DNA from: Desulfomonilia bacterium
GTDB taxonomy: Bacteria; Desulfobacterota; Desulfomonilia; UBA1062
DNA: 64,000 bases
Direction: 5' to 3'
Assembly (NCBI GenBank): GCA_050014195.1
Contig: JBEKDT010000001.1
Span: 426,296-490,295 of the forward strand
Both the position numbers and the translations under genes were made by a program. Below the pieces are notes generated by a model. The model was given only the letters and a program-made list of their open reading frames with translations, was not told the origin of the DNA and searched no databases. Positions within the stretch are counted from its first letter, which is position 1. Every line of letters starts with the position of its first letter. Below, piece by piece: positions 41,379 through 50,976 of this stretch.

Positions 41379-41574
41379 AGGGTACCTCTAATAATGCAGG
41401 GGATTTCATATGAATTTATTTTTATTGTCACCCTGGTCCCCACTTTCGTGGGGATAAACTCCAGCGGGGGTCCAGAACTACTCAAAATAACTGGATTCGA
41501 AGCTTCCGCGGGAATGACACTGGGGGTGAGATCGCTCATTCTTTTTCGAGATCATCAATTTTTTGAGGTGCCTT
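41379..41574 (+). mobile_element. MITE-like element, copy 1
   Basis: TIRs AGGGTACCTCTAA / TTTGAGGTGCCTT; near-identical reverse-complement copy at 48667-48839. Confidence 0.85.
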
Positions 41575-42412
41575 TTAACCTTTGAGAGGTGATTCTACTC
41601 AAGGGAATCACTTCGACCTGATTCGACAATCGATAGGTCTTTTCGCCTGGATAGACCACGATCAGACGATCAAGATCCAGATCCGCAAGTGCGATCTTCA
41701 TCGAGGGAGTTAACCGGGGGGCATCCATGCGTTTGCATTCAAGACCGATCTTTCGGCCGTCTATGATCATCAGGAGATCAAGTTCAGCCCCGTTATGTGT
41801 GGCCCAGAAATAGAATTCCCTGGGATGAAATGCCTTAATGGATTCTTCTATCACATAGCCTTCCCAGGATGCACCGCACTTGGGGTGGGTGAGGAGTTTC
41901 TTTTCTGTTCGTATGCCGAGCAAACTGTGTAAAAGGCCCATATCCGTGAAGTAGATCTTGGGTGCCTTAACCTGGCGTTTTTTTAGGTTTGCGTGCCACG
42001 GCATCAGCTGCCGGATCATAAACACACCATCGAGAAGATCGAGGTATCGCCTTGCTGTGGACTCATTAACACCGAGCGTCCGAGCGGGCTCGGCAGCATT
42101 CCAGATCTGCCCATGATAGTGGGCAAGAATGGTCCAGAATCTCATGAGCGTTGTTGTCGATGCCCCTATCCCCATGATAGGCAGGTCACGCTCTAAAAAA
42201 GTCCGGATGAATGCGCTCCTCCAGGAGAAGCTTTCTGATTCGCTTTCAGCAAGGAATGAAAGAGGCAGACCTCCTCTGAGCCAATGTCTGGCCTGGTTTT
42301 CAATGCCGACTTCAGACAGTGAGAACCCGCTCAACGTGATGGTTTCCATTCGCCCTGTAAGAGACTCAGATGACTGCCGGAGCCATTGCCTGGATGCACT
42401 GCCGAATACCAT
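41555..42412 (-). pseudogene. 5'-truncated AAA+ ATPase/DUF4143 protein
   Basis: Begins at the mid-protein motif GSAS..QSSESLTGR; Walker A/B region absent; KAPKIYFTD, GASWEG, ELDL present. Confidence 0.8.
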
Positions 42413-42462
42413 GATATTGCTGCATGTAAAGCGGGAATTTCATGGAAATAGAACGGGGTTGT

Positions 42463-43101
42463 TCAAGTGCCGTCCCAGCCCGAGTCCAGGAGTATCCTGA
42501 TACCCTCAGCCCTGGTTAATCCTATACCCTCGACTTTCTGAAGCTCCTCAACAGAGGCATTCATGACCCTTGATATCGACCCGAAATGCCCCATCAATCT
42601 CTTTGCAAGCCTTGGCCCTATCAGCGGAAGCCCCTGAAGGAGATACAACTGCCGTGACCTGAGCCTCCTGGGCCGATATCCGCCTCGCAAAGGAACAACG
42701 TCCATGTCTTTATCATACTGTGATCCTATCATAATCAAAATGTCTCTGGTGTGTTCCTTTGAGCGGGAAAATATCACCGGGGTATGCCAGATCGTCTGAA
42801 CCGATATGATTGACCCTCTTATGGCATTGCTGTTGAAATCAAGGTCTGTCATGTATGGATCGCCTTCTATGAGAAGGATCGGACGGCGGCAATACTTTTT
42901 CAAATTCGAGAGTTGCCTGAATAACCGCGTGTCAACTAAAGAGATGAGGAAATCCTTTGCGGTCTTTCTCTCGATGGTTATGGAATCGTTGATCACATAG
43001 TCGCCATACGGCAGAGCCTTGACCCGAATCTGGATATCATCTCGTGCAAGCTGGTCAATGAGGCCGGAGTCTTTTTCCCGATAATCTATATCTATCCTCA
43101 T
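42463..43101 (-). CDS. ERCC4 (XPF/Mus81/Hef-type) nuclease with tandem HhH
   Basis: IDYRE, GDY..IERKTAKD (ERKxxxD), LLIEG, LPLIGP, VEGIG. Confidence 0.9.
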   Translation of the reverse strand: MRIDIDYREKDSGLIDQLARDDIQIRVKALPYGDYVINDSITIERKTAKDFLISLVDTRLFRQLSNLKKYCRRPILLIEGDPYMTDLDFNSNAIRGSIISVQTIWHTPVIFSRSKEHTRDILIMIGSQYDKDMDVVPLRGGYRPRRLRSRQLYLLQGLPLIGPRLAKRLMGHFGSISRVMNASVEELQKVEGIGLTRAEGIRILLDSGWDGT

Positions 43102-43134
43102 AGCGATTTCATTTCAGTGAATCATGGGATGAAG

Positions 43135-43638
43135 CTAAAACATTTTCTTGTATTGAATCCTCAAAATCTTTCCCTTATTGATATTGTCTCTAAACACCTT
43201 TTCACGGTGTCTGGGATAGAGATTCTTGCCATGTCTTCCTATCCCCTCCAATGCCTTCTCCACGCTGATGGATGTATGTTCAAGTTCCATATATGAGATT
43301 AGCTGGATGGCGGAATGATCACATGTGCAGAACAGTATGTTCTTCACTGATGTGCTCAGGTAGGCAATGGATTCCGTTTCTCCGGGATCAATTCCGAGGA
43401 AGGCTTCCCGTGCTTCCAGCTTCACCTTCTTCAGCAACTGCTCATCAAGAACATCTACAATCGTAACTTTGTCCTTGATATCAATCGGGAGGGCCTGATC
43501 TTTATATGGATAAAATCGTGCTTCCCGAAAGACTGTACGGACAACGTAAACATCATAACCTCTGGTAATAGCATCAAAGAGCTGAAGCGAGTGAAGGTCG
43601 ATGATCACATCCGCATCAAGCAACACCAATTTTTTCAT
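43135..43638 (-). CDS. PIN-domain protein
   Basis: VLLDADVII, IDPGETESI, CTCD acidic PIN pattern; overlaps upstream gene. Confidence 0.8.
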   Translation of the reverse strand: MKKLVLLDADVIIDLHSLQLFDAITRGYDVYVVRTVFREARFYPYKDQALPIDIKDKVTIVDVLDEQLLKKVKLEAREAFLGIDPGETESIAYLSTSVKNILFCTCDHSAIQLISYMELEHTSISVEKALEGIGRHGKNLYPRHREKVFRDNINKGKILRIQYKKMF

Positions 43639-44764
43639 AGTGCTCTTCCACAAAGCCTTTCCCTGCTAAATAGGAATCTACCTCGTGGCGCTCGATGCTT
43701 AGGTATTGTGCGAACAACCCCCGTGAGATCCGTCCTTCCATCAGGCAGCGGCATGCCAGTGATACATATCTCTGTGGGAACACCGGAGGCGTCTCCTCAT
43801 CCTGCGCTTCCTGCCTGAGAGACCGGTCCAACTCGCGAACCTCGGGGTCTGCAAGATGGGCCTCCACATCCTTTTTCTTCAGTTTTCCAAGATTGACCAG
43901 CCTCCACAGAATGGCTTCCATTGATACCTCAAACTCAAGGGCAAGCTCGATGAGGTCTATGATGCGTATCTCGCCTCCAACAGAGATTTCCCTGAGCGCT
44001 TCCAGAAGAGCTGTCTCGGGCAGGAGCAGGTATGAAGCAAAGATATCCGCGTACTGTTCCGGTCTCGTCTTCTTCCCTTCGCCGATCTCTTTGTGGCTGA
44101 ATAACTCCCAGGTGAGTACATGAAAAAACTCATGTGCCAGGTCGTAGTTCCTTCTCCATGGCTTATCGCTGCTGTTGATGAGGATGCCCACCCCCAGGGC
44201 ATCATCCACGACACAAGCCCCGGATATGGATTTATCGAACTGCATATGAAAGATCCGGTATCTGAGTGTCTGTTCAAGAATGTTCCGTAATTTAGATGCA
44301 GGCCTGCTCCCCAGATCGAGAATGCGGTGGATATCGTGTGCAAGGTTAGCCGCACACTCATATCCATGGCTGTCGAAGTTGGTACGCTCGCAGTTGACCG
44401 GAAGCCTCCGTATCTGGGGCTTTATCTGCAGGAGTCGTTCGAGCTCGGTATAATGCTCCAGGTGCTCAAGGAAGGTACGCTCCTGCTTTTTCACATCCGT
44501 ATCGGGCGATTTTCTCCACAACGGCTTGGGGTCGGGCCTTATGTCCTGATCGAAGAAGTACAGGATGTCGCGTCGGTACAGACGGGCCATTGAGATGAGC
44601 TCGTGAGCATTGATGCTGCGCTTGCCCTTCTCGATGTCCGAGAGGGTCTGGTAATTGTTGAATCCGAGCTCTTTTGAAGCTTCTTTGAGGTTGTACCCTG
44701 CGGTATCCCTGGCCGTTACGAGCCGGTCTACGAGGATCTTCTGCTTTTCTTGTGTCATAAGCAC
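43616..44764 (-). CDS. Xre HTH fused to ImmA/IrrE (M78) metallopeptidase
   Basis: N-terminal HTH (QTLSDIEKGKR), RRNYDLAHEFFH, EQYADIFASYLLLP, FEVS. Confidence 0.92.
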   Translation of the reverse strand: MLMTQEKQKILVDRLVTARDTAGYNLKEASKELGFNNYQTLSDIEKGKRSINAHELISMARLYRRDILYFFDQDIRPDPKPLWRKSPDTDVKKQERTFLEHLEHYTELERLLQIKPQIRRLPVNCERTNFDSHGYECAANLAHDIHRILDLGSRPASKLRNILEQTLRYRIFHMQFDKSISGACVVDDALGVGILINSSDKPWRRNYDLAHEFFHVLTWELFSHKEIGEGKKTRPEQYADIFASYLLLPETALLEALREISVGGEIRIIDLIELALEFEVSMEAILWRLVNLGKLKKKDVEAHLADPEVRELDRSLRQEAQDEETPPVFPQRYVSLACRCLMEGRISRGLFAQYLSIERHEVDSYLAGKGFVEEHYEKIGVA

Positions 44765-44772
44765 CCTTTGAT

Positions 44773-44842
44773 AGATAAGATATTCTTATCTTTTCCATTA
44801 TAATATCGTCAATAGAATAAGATTAATTTATGGTCTTGTCAA
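44773..44842 (-). promoter_or_regulatory. Sigma70 promoter TTGACA-N17-TATTCT with downstream operator AGATAAGA-TAT-TCTTATCT (44773-44791)
   Basis: Consensus -35 and spacing; palindrome just before the Xre-IrrE start. Confidence 0.65.
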
Positions 44843-44962
44843 GAGTTGGTTGTCTGTGAAATGTGTATCTATGTGGTATCAATTTCATGATTGATGATTA
44901 TTTTGGAAAAGGAGATCTATGGGGAGGATCACTCGGTACGACCCGTTAGAAACGTCCCCTTT

Positions 44963-45481
44963 TTACCCCTGCTCCAGGATGAACCGGAAATCGCAATGTG
45001 GTGCTCCCTGCATGATGGTCTGAGTTCGCAACAGCCTTATCCGAGGGTTGAAGCCCCTCGCAAATGGTTCATCCCGGCTGCAGGAAAGGCAGAAGCCGAA
45101 CTCCCTCAAGCCCATCCTGTCATACAGCTCGACATAGCCACAGCGGATCACATCGAAGCTCAGCTTCAGCTCGGACTCTTCACGCATACGAATCACAATG
45201 GCATCATCTTCGGACCATATTTCCTTTACCACGCGGCTCAATTCTCTCAGGGAATTCCCGCCGTACTTATCGGCCATCATCCTGCCTGAGGCCAGCGCAT
45301 CGGCCTGAATAGCCGCAGTTGCGGCTTCCATGGCTTTATCATGACCCAGAACACTTCCGAATCCCCTTATGAGACACGCTGCTATCGGCGCTTGAATCTC
45401 CCGGCGCATGAGATGGCTGATCGCAAGCGAAGGTTGTTGAATGTTCTGACTGTCGGGGCTGTGCTGGTCTTCTCTGCTCAT
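44963..45481 (-). CDS. L-2-amino-thiazoline-4-carboxylate hydrolase-like family protein
   Basis: RREIQA, FDVIRCGY, LSCSRD, RTQTIMQGAPHCDFRF. Confidence 0.85.
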   Translation of the reverse strand: MSREDQHSPDSQNIQQPSLAISHLMRREIQAPIAACLIRGFGSVLGHDKAMEAATAAIQADALASGRMMADKYGGNSLRELSRVVKEIWSEDDAIVIRMREESELKLSFDVIRCGYVELYDRMGLREFGFCLSCSRDEPFARGFNPRIRLLRTQTIMQGAPHCDFRFILEQG

Positions 45482-45505
45482 CTCTTTCCCTATATTTCAG
45501 ATGGT

Positions 45506-45680
45506 TCCCTGCAGCCTGCTGCAGGGTCCTTAACTTCCTCGCCCCTCGAGGGAGTGATTCGGGACATCCATGTCCCTCACCCTGAAGGGCGCACGTAAAG
45601 TGCGTCCAATTCGTCTATCCTGACGAATTGTGGACCGAGGAGAGGGGGAACCGAATAACCCTTCGCTTCCCCGCAGCTTC
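45506..45680. repeat. Composite palindromic intergenic element with nested hairpin insert
   Basis: CCCTGCAGC/GCTGCAGGG, GGGACAT/ATGTCCC, CGCAC/GTGCG, CAATTCGTC/GACGAATTG stems. Confidence 0.7.
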
Positions 45681-45692
45681 ATTTGCCCGATC

Positions 45693-46346
45693 TTATCGCA
45701 CATCTTTCCCTGCAAACCGGGCTCCCATTTCAAAGGCCTTTCTGCAATCTTCCGGAAACACCTCTCTGCGCCTTTTAGCCTTTTTCACGGGATCAAACCG
45801 GGATGAAACCACTTTTGCATAATCCTCGAACTGATAGGTATCGAAACAGAAGAGCGACTCGGACGCGCCGAATATCATCTGCAGAACCATCTCCTGTATG
45901 CCCAGGTGCAGGGCGTAGCCCCATTCTTTCAGCTCCTCTTCCTTGATATTCATCGTATAGATCAACCCGGTATGAATCTTTCTCGGGAAGATCGCCTGGT
46001 ATGGATCCGTATACGCGGTGAAGGGGAACATCAGGCGCTCCATGAACGATTTCATCTCTCCGGTAACCGTTCCGAAATAAATCGGGGAGCCAAGGATGAC
46101 GGCATCGGCTTCTTCGACTTTTTTGAACACAGGAGCCAGATCATCTTTTACCGCGCACCTGCCGTAACTCTTTCCACCTATGGTCTTGCAGGCAAAACAG
46201 CTTATGCAGCCTTTATAGTTCAGATCGTAGAGATGAATGAGCTCGGTTTCAGCCCCCTGTGACGAAGCCCCTTCCAGGGCCTTTTCAAGCAGAGTTGCCG
46301 TATTCCATTTCTTTCTCGGACTTCCGTTTATTGCCATGACCTTCAT
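45693..46346 (-). CDS. Flavodoxin family / iron-sulfur flavoprotein
   Basis: NGSPRKKWNT, GCISCFACK..C, GSPIYF. Confidence 0.92.
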   Translation of the reverse strand: MKVMAINGSPRKKWNTATLLEKALEGASSQGAETELIHLYDLNYKGCISCFACKTIGGKSYGRCAVKDDLAPVFKKVEEADAVILGSPIYFGTVTGEMKSFMERLMFPFTAYTDPYQAIFPRKIHTGLIYTMNIKEEELKEWGYALHLGIQEMVLQMIFGASESLFCFDTYQFEDYAKVVSSRFDPVKKAKRRREVFPEDCRKAFEMGARFAGKDVR

Positions 46347-46450
46347 AGGCTTCACCTCCTTATTTATGTTACAATACAAAAATAAAAATGGATTGACAAT
46401 GAGAGTAGGGAGAGTTCTTTATTTCAGATAGAAACGTCCCCTTATATTTG

Positions 46451-46610
46451 AAGGTGCTTATCCAGGCAGTAAAACGTAATATCGACCGTTTTCTGATGAT
46501 TTTATGTTTCAACTTTCCAGAGAAGAATTTGAAAACTTGAGGTCACAAATTGTGACCTTAAATAGAGGCGGCCGTCGCTATCTCCCTTATGCATTCACAG
46601 AACAAGGCTT
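46451..46610 (+). pseudogene. ORF6N-domain DNA-binding protein remnant
   Basis: [14 protein letters not shown] / frameshift / [36 protein letters not shown]; truncated at both ends. Confidence 0.85.
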
Positions 46611-46830
46611 GATGCAAGGCGAACAAGCCGATGAAATCCGGGGACACCATTGCTTGTGATGCTGATATATACCGTTTCAAGTTATCACCCGATGCCTAAT
46701 GCCTCATCAGGAACAATTCAAGATACTTGTATATCACAAAAAGAAAACCCGTTATTGCAGTCAAGATAGCTACAAACATTTTCAGCTTTTCCATATGTAC
46801 GCCCCCGCCCTTTCTTTCCAATGGGAAGAG

Positions 46831-47334
46831 CTATATAGATTCTTGAGCACCAATATCGATTATCCTTTGTTTAAGAGCATTTATAATATCTTGAGGAATT
46901 TCCTTGTATTTCTTAAGCAATCCTTTTACGACGTAATACGGGTTTAAAATCAGTATGTAATTGTAATCACCTGATGCACCTGGTTTCGCCTCAATAAATC
47001 CAAGTTCTGTTAATATTTTCATTCGATCTTTCCATGTCCTTTCTGCTCTTTCTCCTGTAAAGCCGGATTCAAGGGCAAACATTCTTGGATTATCGATTGT
47101 CACCATTGCCTCATCAAAAACATGGTGCCACAAGGCCATATAGGTCGATGATAAGGGTTTGCCTGAAGAGAGATGGTTCATTATGAGGCAGAAGTACGTC
47201 AATGTCCTCGGAATTGTTGTATAACCATCACTGGTTTTTCTGTTCCACAGCTTATCTTCAGGAATCTCATTCCAAAGCTGATCTCTGAGGTCCATTTTTT
47301 TCTTATGAATTCTTTGTGATCTTTTCTGTGACAT
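46831..47334 (-). CDS. Hypothetical protein, probable winged-helix fold (start moved to MSQKRS)
   Basis: AGGAG RBS; GYTTIPR, ESGFTGERAERTWKDRMKILTELGFI. Confidence 0.8.
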   Translation of the reverse strand: MSQKRSQRIHKKKMDLRDQLWNEIPEDKLWNRKTSDGYTTIPRTLTYFCLIMNHLSSGKPLSSTYMALWHHVFDEAMVTIDNPRMFALESGFTGERAERTWKDRMKILTELGFIEAKPGASGDYNYILILNPYYVVKGLLKKYKEIPQDIINALKQRIIDIGAQESI

Positions 47335-47556
47335 TGTTTTCTCCTTTCTTTCAAGTATTATATTGCTGACTAATATATTATTAAGCAAGCAATAACAAGG
47401 ACTTATGTAATACAAATAAAATAAGCATGCCCGTGTTAACTGTTATCTCGATATATCAGTAGGCAAATACATGTCAACTCAATATTCAATAGGAATAAAA
47501 AGGCGTTATAAAAATCAATTGCTCCTATAAATTCAAAATGATTGCGATTTTGCACT

Positions 47557-47612
47557 GTGCTCTATGTGCTTATAGTGCTTATTTGTGCTGCTTGTCCTCA
47601 TGGTGCTCATGT
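47557..47612. repeat. Six degenerate ~9-bp tandem units with GTGCT core
   Basis: GTGCTCTAT GTGCTTATA GTGCTTATTT GTGCTGCTT GTCCTCATG GTGCTCAT. Confidence 0.8.
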
Positions 47613-47737
47613 GGGTTCCAAGGGAGGCACTATCTGATACATAAAATTATGGATCATGATAATTAAAGATACCATTACCTTAAAGAGATGAGGGTCAGGT
47701 CCCAACAATTAACACCCTTCTTGAAGCTATCACCGAA

Positions 47738-48625
47738 TCATGACTCATGAGGCCGTGTCCCTTTGCATTTGGGAAAGGTGGAACAGCCGTAAAACAAGCT
47801 CCCAGCTGTGGGTCCCTTCTTTGCAGTACGCAACACCATAGCGCTGCCGCATAAGGGGCAAAGAATAGGGGTGGGGTTGTCGTGGACAGGCATCTTAATG
47901 ACTGCCGGTTTAACTTTATGGATTGGTATTGCCGTGTTTTTGATTCTGCCGATCATTGCATACAGCTCTTTGCCGTTGACGAGCTGGATGGGGTTGCCTC
48001 TGGCAAAATCTATCGCCTCCTGGGTAAAGGTGCCCGAGGTAATGACGATCCCTCCCGATGCCTTCTTGTCATAGACCACACCGAGCAGTTGCCTGACGAT
48101 GACGACGCCCACGCTCTCCATCTTCCAGTGCTTGCACTGGACAAAGATGGTCTCGCCGTTCTTCTTCAGCACAAGGTCCACCCCGCCGTCTGCCCCGCCT
48201 CCTCCTGTCTCGATGATGGTGTATCCTCTTCTTCTGTATGCCTCGCCCACGAGCCACTCGAAATCCTGCCAGCTCAACGATCGAATCGTTTCCCTGTTCT
48301 TCTGGCTCTTGAAAAGAACGATCCTCTCTTTGCGGTTGAAGACTGAATTCACGAAGGAGAGGCCTGCTATCACGAGAAAAAAGAACAAGGCCGAGTTGGC
48401 GAATGTTGGTCCTGCTTGCGCCAGGTTTCTCAAAAAGACATCGGGTGGAATGCCGTTGGGACCTGGTGCTGCATGGGAATTACCCCACATTGCCGGAATC
48501 GCATACTTCAATAATCCATAGCTGAGAACAGCAAGAATGACGATAATCCACCACGATGCTTCAATCAGGTCATCGGCGAATGAGGTATTTCTTCGTGCCA
48601 TGATCGAACCCTTTCCTAGTTTCAT
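47738..48625 (-). CDS. Mrr-family restriction endonuclease with N-terminal TM helices and C-terminal topoisomerase-type Zn ribbon
   Basis: LSWQDFEWLV, ADGGVDL, VQCKHW, TSGTFT; CPLCGSAMVLR..FYGCSTFPKC. Confidence 0.9.
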   Translation of the reverse strand: MKLGKGSIMARRNTSFADDLIEASWWIIVILAVLSYGLLKYAIPAMWGNSHAAPGPNGIPPDVFLRNLAQAGPTFANSALFFFLVIAGLSFVNSVFNRKERIVLFKSQKNRETIRSLSWQDFEWLVGEAYRRRGYTIIETGGGGADGGVDLVLKKNGETIFVQCKHWKMESVGVVIVRQLLGVVYDKKASGGIVITSGTFTQEAIDFARGNPIQLVNGKELYAMIGRIKNTAIPIHKVKPAVIKMPVHDNPTPILCPLCGSAMVLRTAKKGPTAGSLFYGCSTFPKCKGTRPHES

Positions 48626-48666
48626 TCATTATTATAACTTTATCGAATTCTTTTATTGTTTTATTA

Positions 48667-48839
48667 AAGGTACCTCTAAAATTTGATGATCTCGAAAAAG
48701 AATGAGCGATTTCACCCTCAGTGTCGTTCCCGCGGAAGCGGGAATCCAGTTATTTTGAGTAGTTCTGGACCCCCGCTTTCGCGGGGGTGACAATAAAAAT
48801 AAATTCGTATGAAATCCCCTGCATTATTAGAGGTACCCT
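48667..48839 (-). mobile_element. MITE-like element, copy 2
   Basis: TIRs AAGGTACCTCTAA / TTAGAGGTACCCT flanked by TA; inverted copy of 41379-41574. Confidence 0.85.
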
Positions 48840-49137
48840 TAATATTGACTCCTACACAACATCATGAACTCTCGTTGCGTGGAGAGTCAGCAATGAAACG
48901 AGTTTCGTAGGGATGACATAATGGGACTTTTGCAATTGGTGCTTATTATTTGATTTGTATGGTTCACTGCTGCAGAATAGGAGCGGTCAAAGAATGCCAG
49001 GCCCTCATCGATGCACAGTGATATGTTTATACCACATGTGTTATCATTCTCCAGTACGATTTCTCCCGGAAGGGGAACGATGGGGGCTTTCCATGCATAC
49101 TCCATCTTTCACTGCTCCGTATAACAGGAGATAGACA

Positions 49138-49980
49138 ATGGATCAGTTTGTGCGGGTAAACAATATTCAATTGCACTATCTCGATCACCAGGGTGGCGAC
49201 CCGCCCCTGGTGCTCATGCCGGGCTTGACGGCAAATGCCTGTTCGTTTGACGGCCTCATCAAGGCCGGGCTAAGTCCGGCGCTGAGGGTGTTGGCCCTTG
49301 ATCTTAGGGGACGCGGCCTGAGCCACAAACCTGACAGCGGCTACAGCATGGCCGACCATGCCGCCGACGTGCTCGGCCTGCTGGATACGTTGGAGCTCCG
49401 GCAGGTCGTGCTGGGCGGCCACTCGTTCGGGGGCTTGCTGTCCATCTATATGGCTGCCAAAAATCCTGAGCGGGTCAGTAAACTGGTGATCATCGATGCT
49501 GCCGGATCGATGCACCCCCGGGTGCGGGAGTTGATCAAACCCTCTGTTGACCGCCTTGGTAAAGTGCTGCCCTCGTGGGAGGCTTACCTTGAGGCCATGA
49601 AGCAGATGCCTTTCTACCAGGGCTGGTGGGACCCGACAATCGAAAGCTACTACCGGGCAGACGTAGAAATCCGCGGCGACGGCACGGTCAAGCCCCGCTC
49701 GCGTCCCGAAGCGATCATCGAAGCGGTGGAAAAGTCCCTGGCTGAGGATTGGGCTCAACTCTTGAGAGCAGTCGGGCAGCCGGTGCTGCTGCTCAACGCC
49801 CCCGGCCCCTTCGGCCCGCCGGGGACTCCGCCGGTTCTGCCTCGTGAACAGGCAATGGATACGGTCAATATGCTCTCTGATGGGCGATACGGAGAAATCC
49901 CCGGCAACCATATGACCATGCTCTTCGGTGAAGGGGCGCAGCGGATTGTTGAGGCCATTTTAGCTTTTGTGTGCCAATAG
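49138..49980 (+). CDS. Alpha/beta hydrolase
   Basis: DLRGRGLS, GHSFGG nucleophile elbow, PGNH. Confidence 0.92.
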   Translation: MDQFVRVNNIQLHYLDHQGGDPPLVLMPGLTANACSFDGLIKAGLSPALRVLALDLRGRGLSHKPDSGYSMADHAADVLGLLDTLELRQVVLGGHSFGGLLSIYMAAKNPERVSKLVIIDAAGSMHPRVRELIKPSVDRLGKVLPSWEAYLEAMKQMPFYQGWWDPTIESYYRADVEIRGDGTVKPRSRPEAIIEAVEKSLAEDWAQLLRAVGQPVLLLNAPGPFGPPGTPPVLPREQAMDTVNMLSDGRYGEIPGNHMTMLFGEGAQRIVEAILAFVCQ

Positions 49981-50019
49981 TATGCAAGGTTCGTTCAGTA
50001 ACATGAGGAGGTGTTCATA

Positions 50020-50457
50020 ATGAAAACAATAGCCTTTGACTCCATCGTGGTGGGTGATGCACTTGAACCGGTAGTTCGAAGCGTGACACAGGAGACGTTT
50101 TGGAAATTCTCGGCTGCATCTCTTGACTATAATCCGGTTCACAACGACCTGGAATGGGTGAAAACCGCACAACCTTTCGGCATTGATCAGACGGTAGGCC
50201 ACGGCATGATGACGATTGCTTTTATGATGAGTGTGGTTTCCAACTGGGCCTATCCATCAATGCTGATGATCAGAAAAAGCGAGTCAAAGCTTATCTTTCC
50301 TGTCCTGGCAGGATGGACCGTTACCTGTACCGGTATCATTGCGGAAAAGCACCTCATATGCCCCGGTAAAAATTTTGTGGTGATAGATCTTGAGGCAAAA
50401 AACCAGGATGGACAGTTACTTGGTGTATGTAAAGCAGAGGTCGTCTTCCCTGACTGA
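50020..50457 (+). CDS. MaoC-family dehydratase
   Basis: SLDYNPVHND, VGHGM. Confidence 0.88.
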   Translation: MKTIAFDSIVVGDALEPVVRSVTQETFWKFSAASLDYNPVHNDLEWVKTAQPFGIDQTVGHGMMTIAFMMSVVSNWAYPSMLMIRKSESKLIFPVLAGWTVTCTGIIAEKHLICPGKNFVVIDLEAKNQDGQLLGVCKAEVVFPD

Positions 50458-50511
50458 GGAGATGAAACCCTTTGAAAAAGGTTCGCCCCGAATATACGAA
50501 GGAGAAGCATA

Positions 50512-50976
50512 ATGGGCAAAGATCTCTTTTCAAAATATATAACGACTGAAAAGCAGAAGCAGTTCGATACAAACTTCTTCAAGGATGCACAGAGCTATGA
50601 AGTATGGGATGAGATCGATTTTTCAAACATCGAAGAGGTGGATGGTGAACAGACCTTTGAGATCAAAGCTGAGGATGTTAAGTATTTTGCAGAAGCCGTC
50701 ATGGATGACAATCCCCTCATGAGGGATGAATCATATGCAAAGAACTCTCCCTACGGCGGACTGGTCCCTCATCCTGTATTCGCTACCACGATCATCTTCT
50801 GGTGTATCGGCACAAAGGGGCGGGGCAACTGGATCAGGACTCCCGGCGCACGAAACCCCGGCCAGTATATGGAATTGTATGAGAATTTTCGTATCGGCGA
50901 AGTAATCCACATCAAGATGAAGCCCTTTGACCGGTACATCAAGATCAGAAGGTTCCTCCAGGGGATGCACCCCTGA
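50512..50976 (+). CDS. MaoC_N/hot-dog dehydratase partner, possibly 3'-truncated
   Basis: FAEAVMDDNPL..YAKNSPYGGLVPHP; ends abruptly after DRYIK. Confidence 0.75.
   Translation: MGKDLFSKYITTEKQKQFDTNFFKDAQSYEVWDEIDFSNIEEVDGEQTFEIKAEDVKYFAEAVMDDNPLMRDESYAKNSPYGGLVPHPVFATTIIFWCIGTKGRGNWIRTPGARNPGQYMELYENFRIGEVIHIKMKPFDRYIKIRRFLQGMHP

Noticed and set aside
47557-47612. CRISPR array (also considered for 59760-59844)
   Set aside because: Units are too short, there are no unique 30-40-bp spacers, and no cas genes are present
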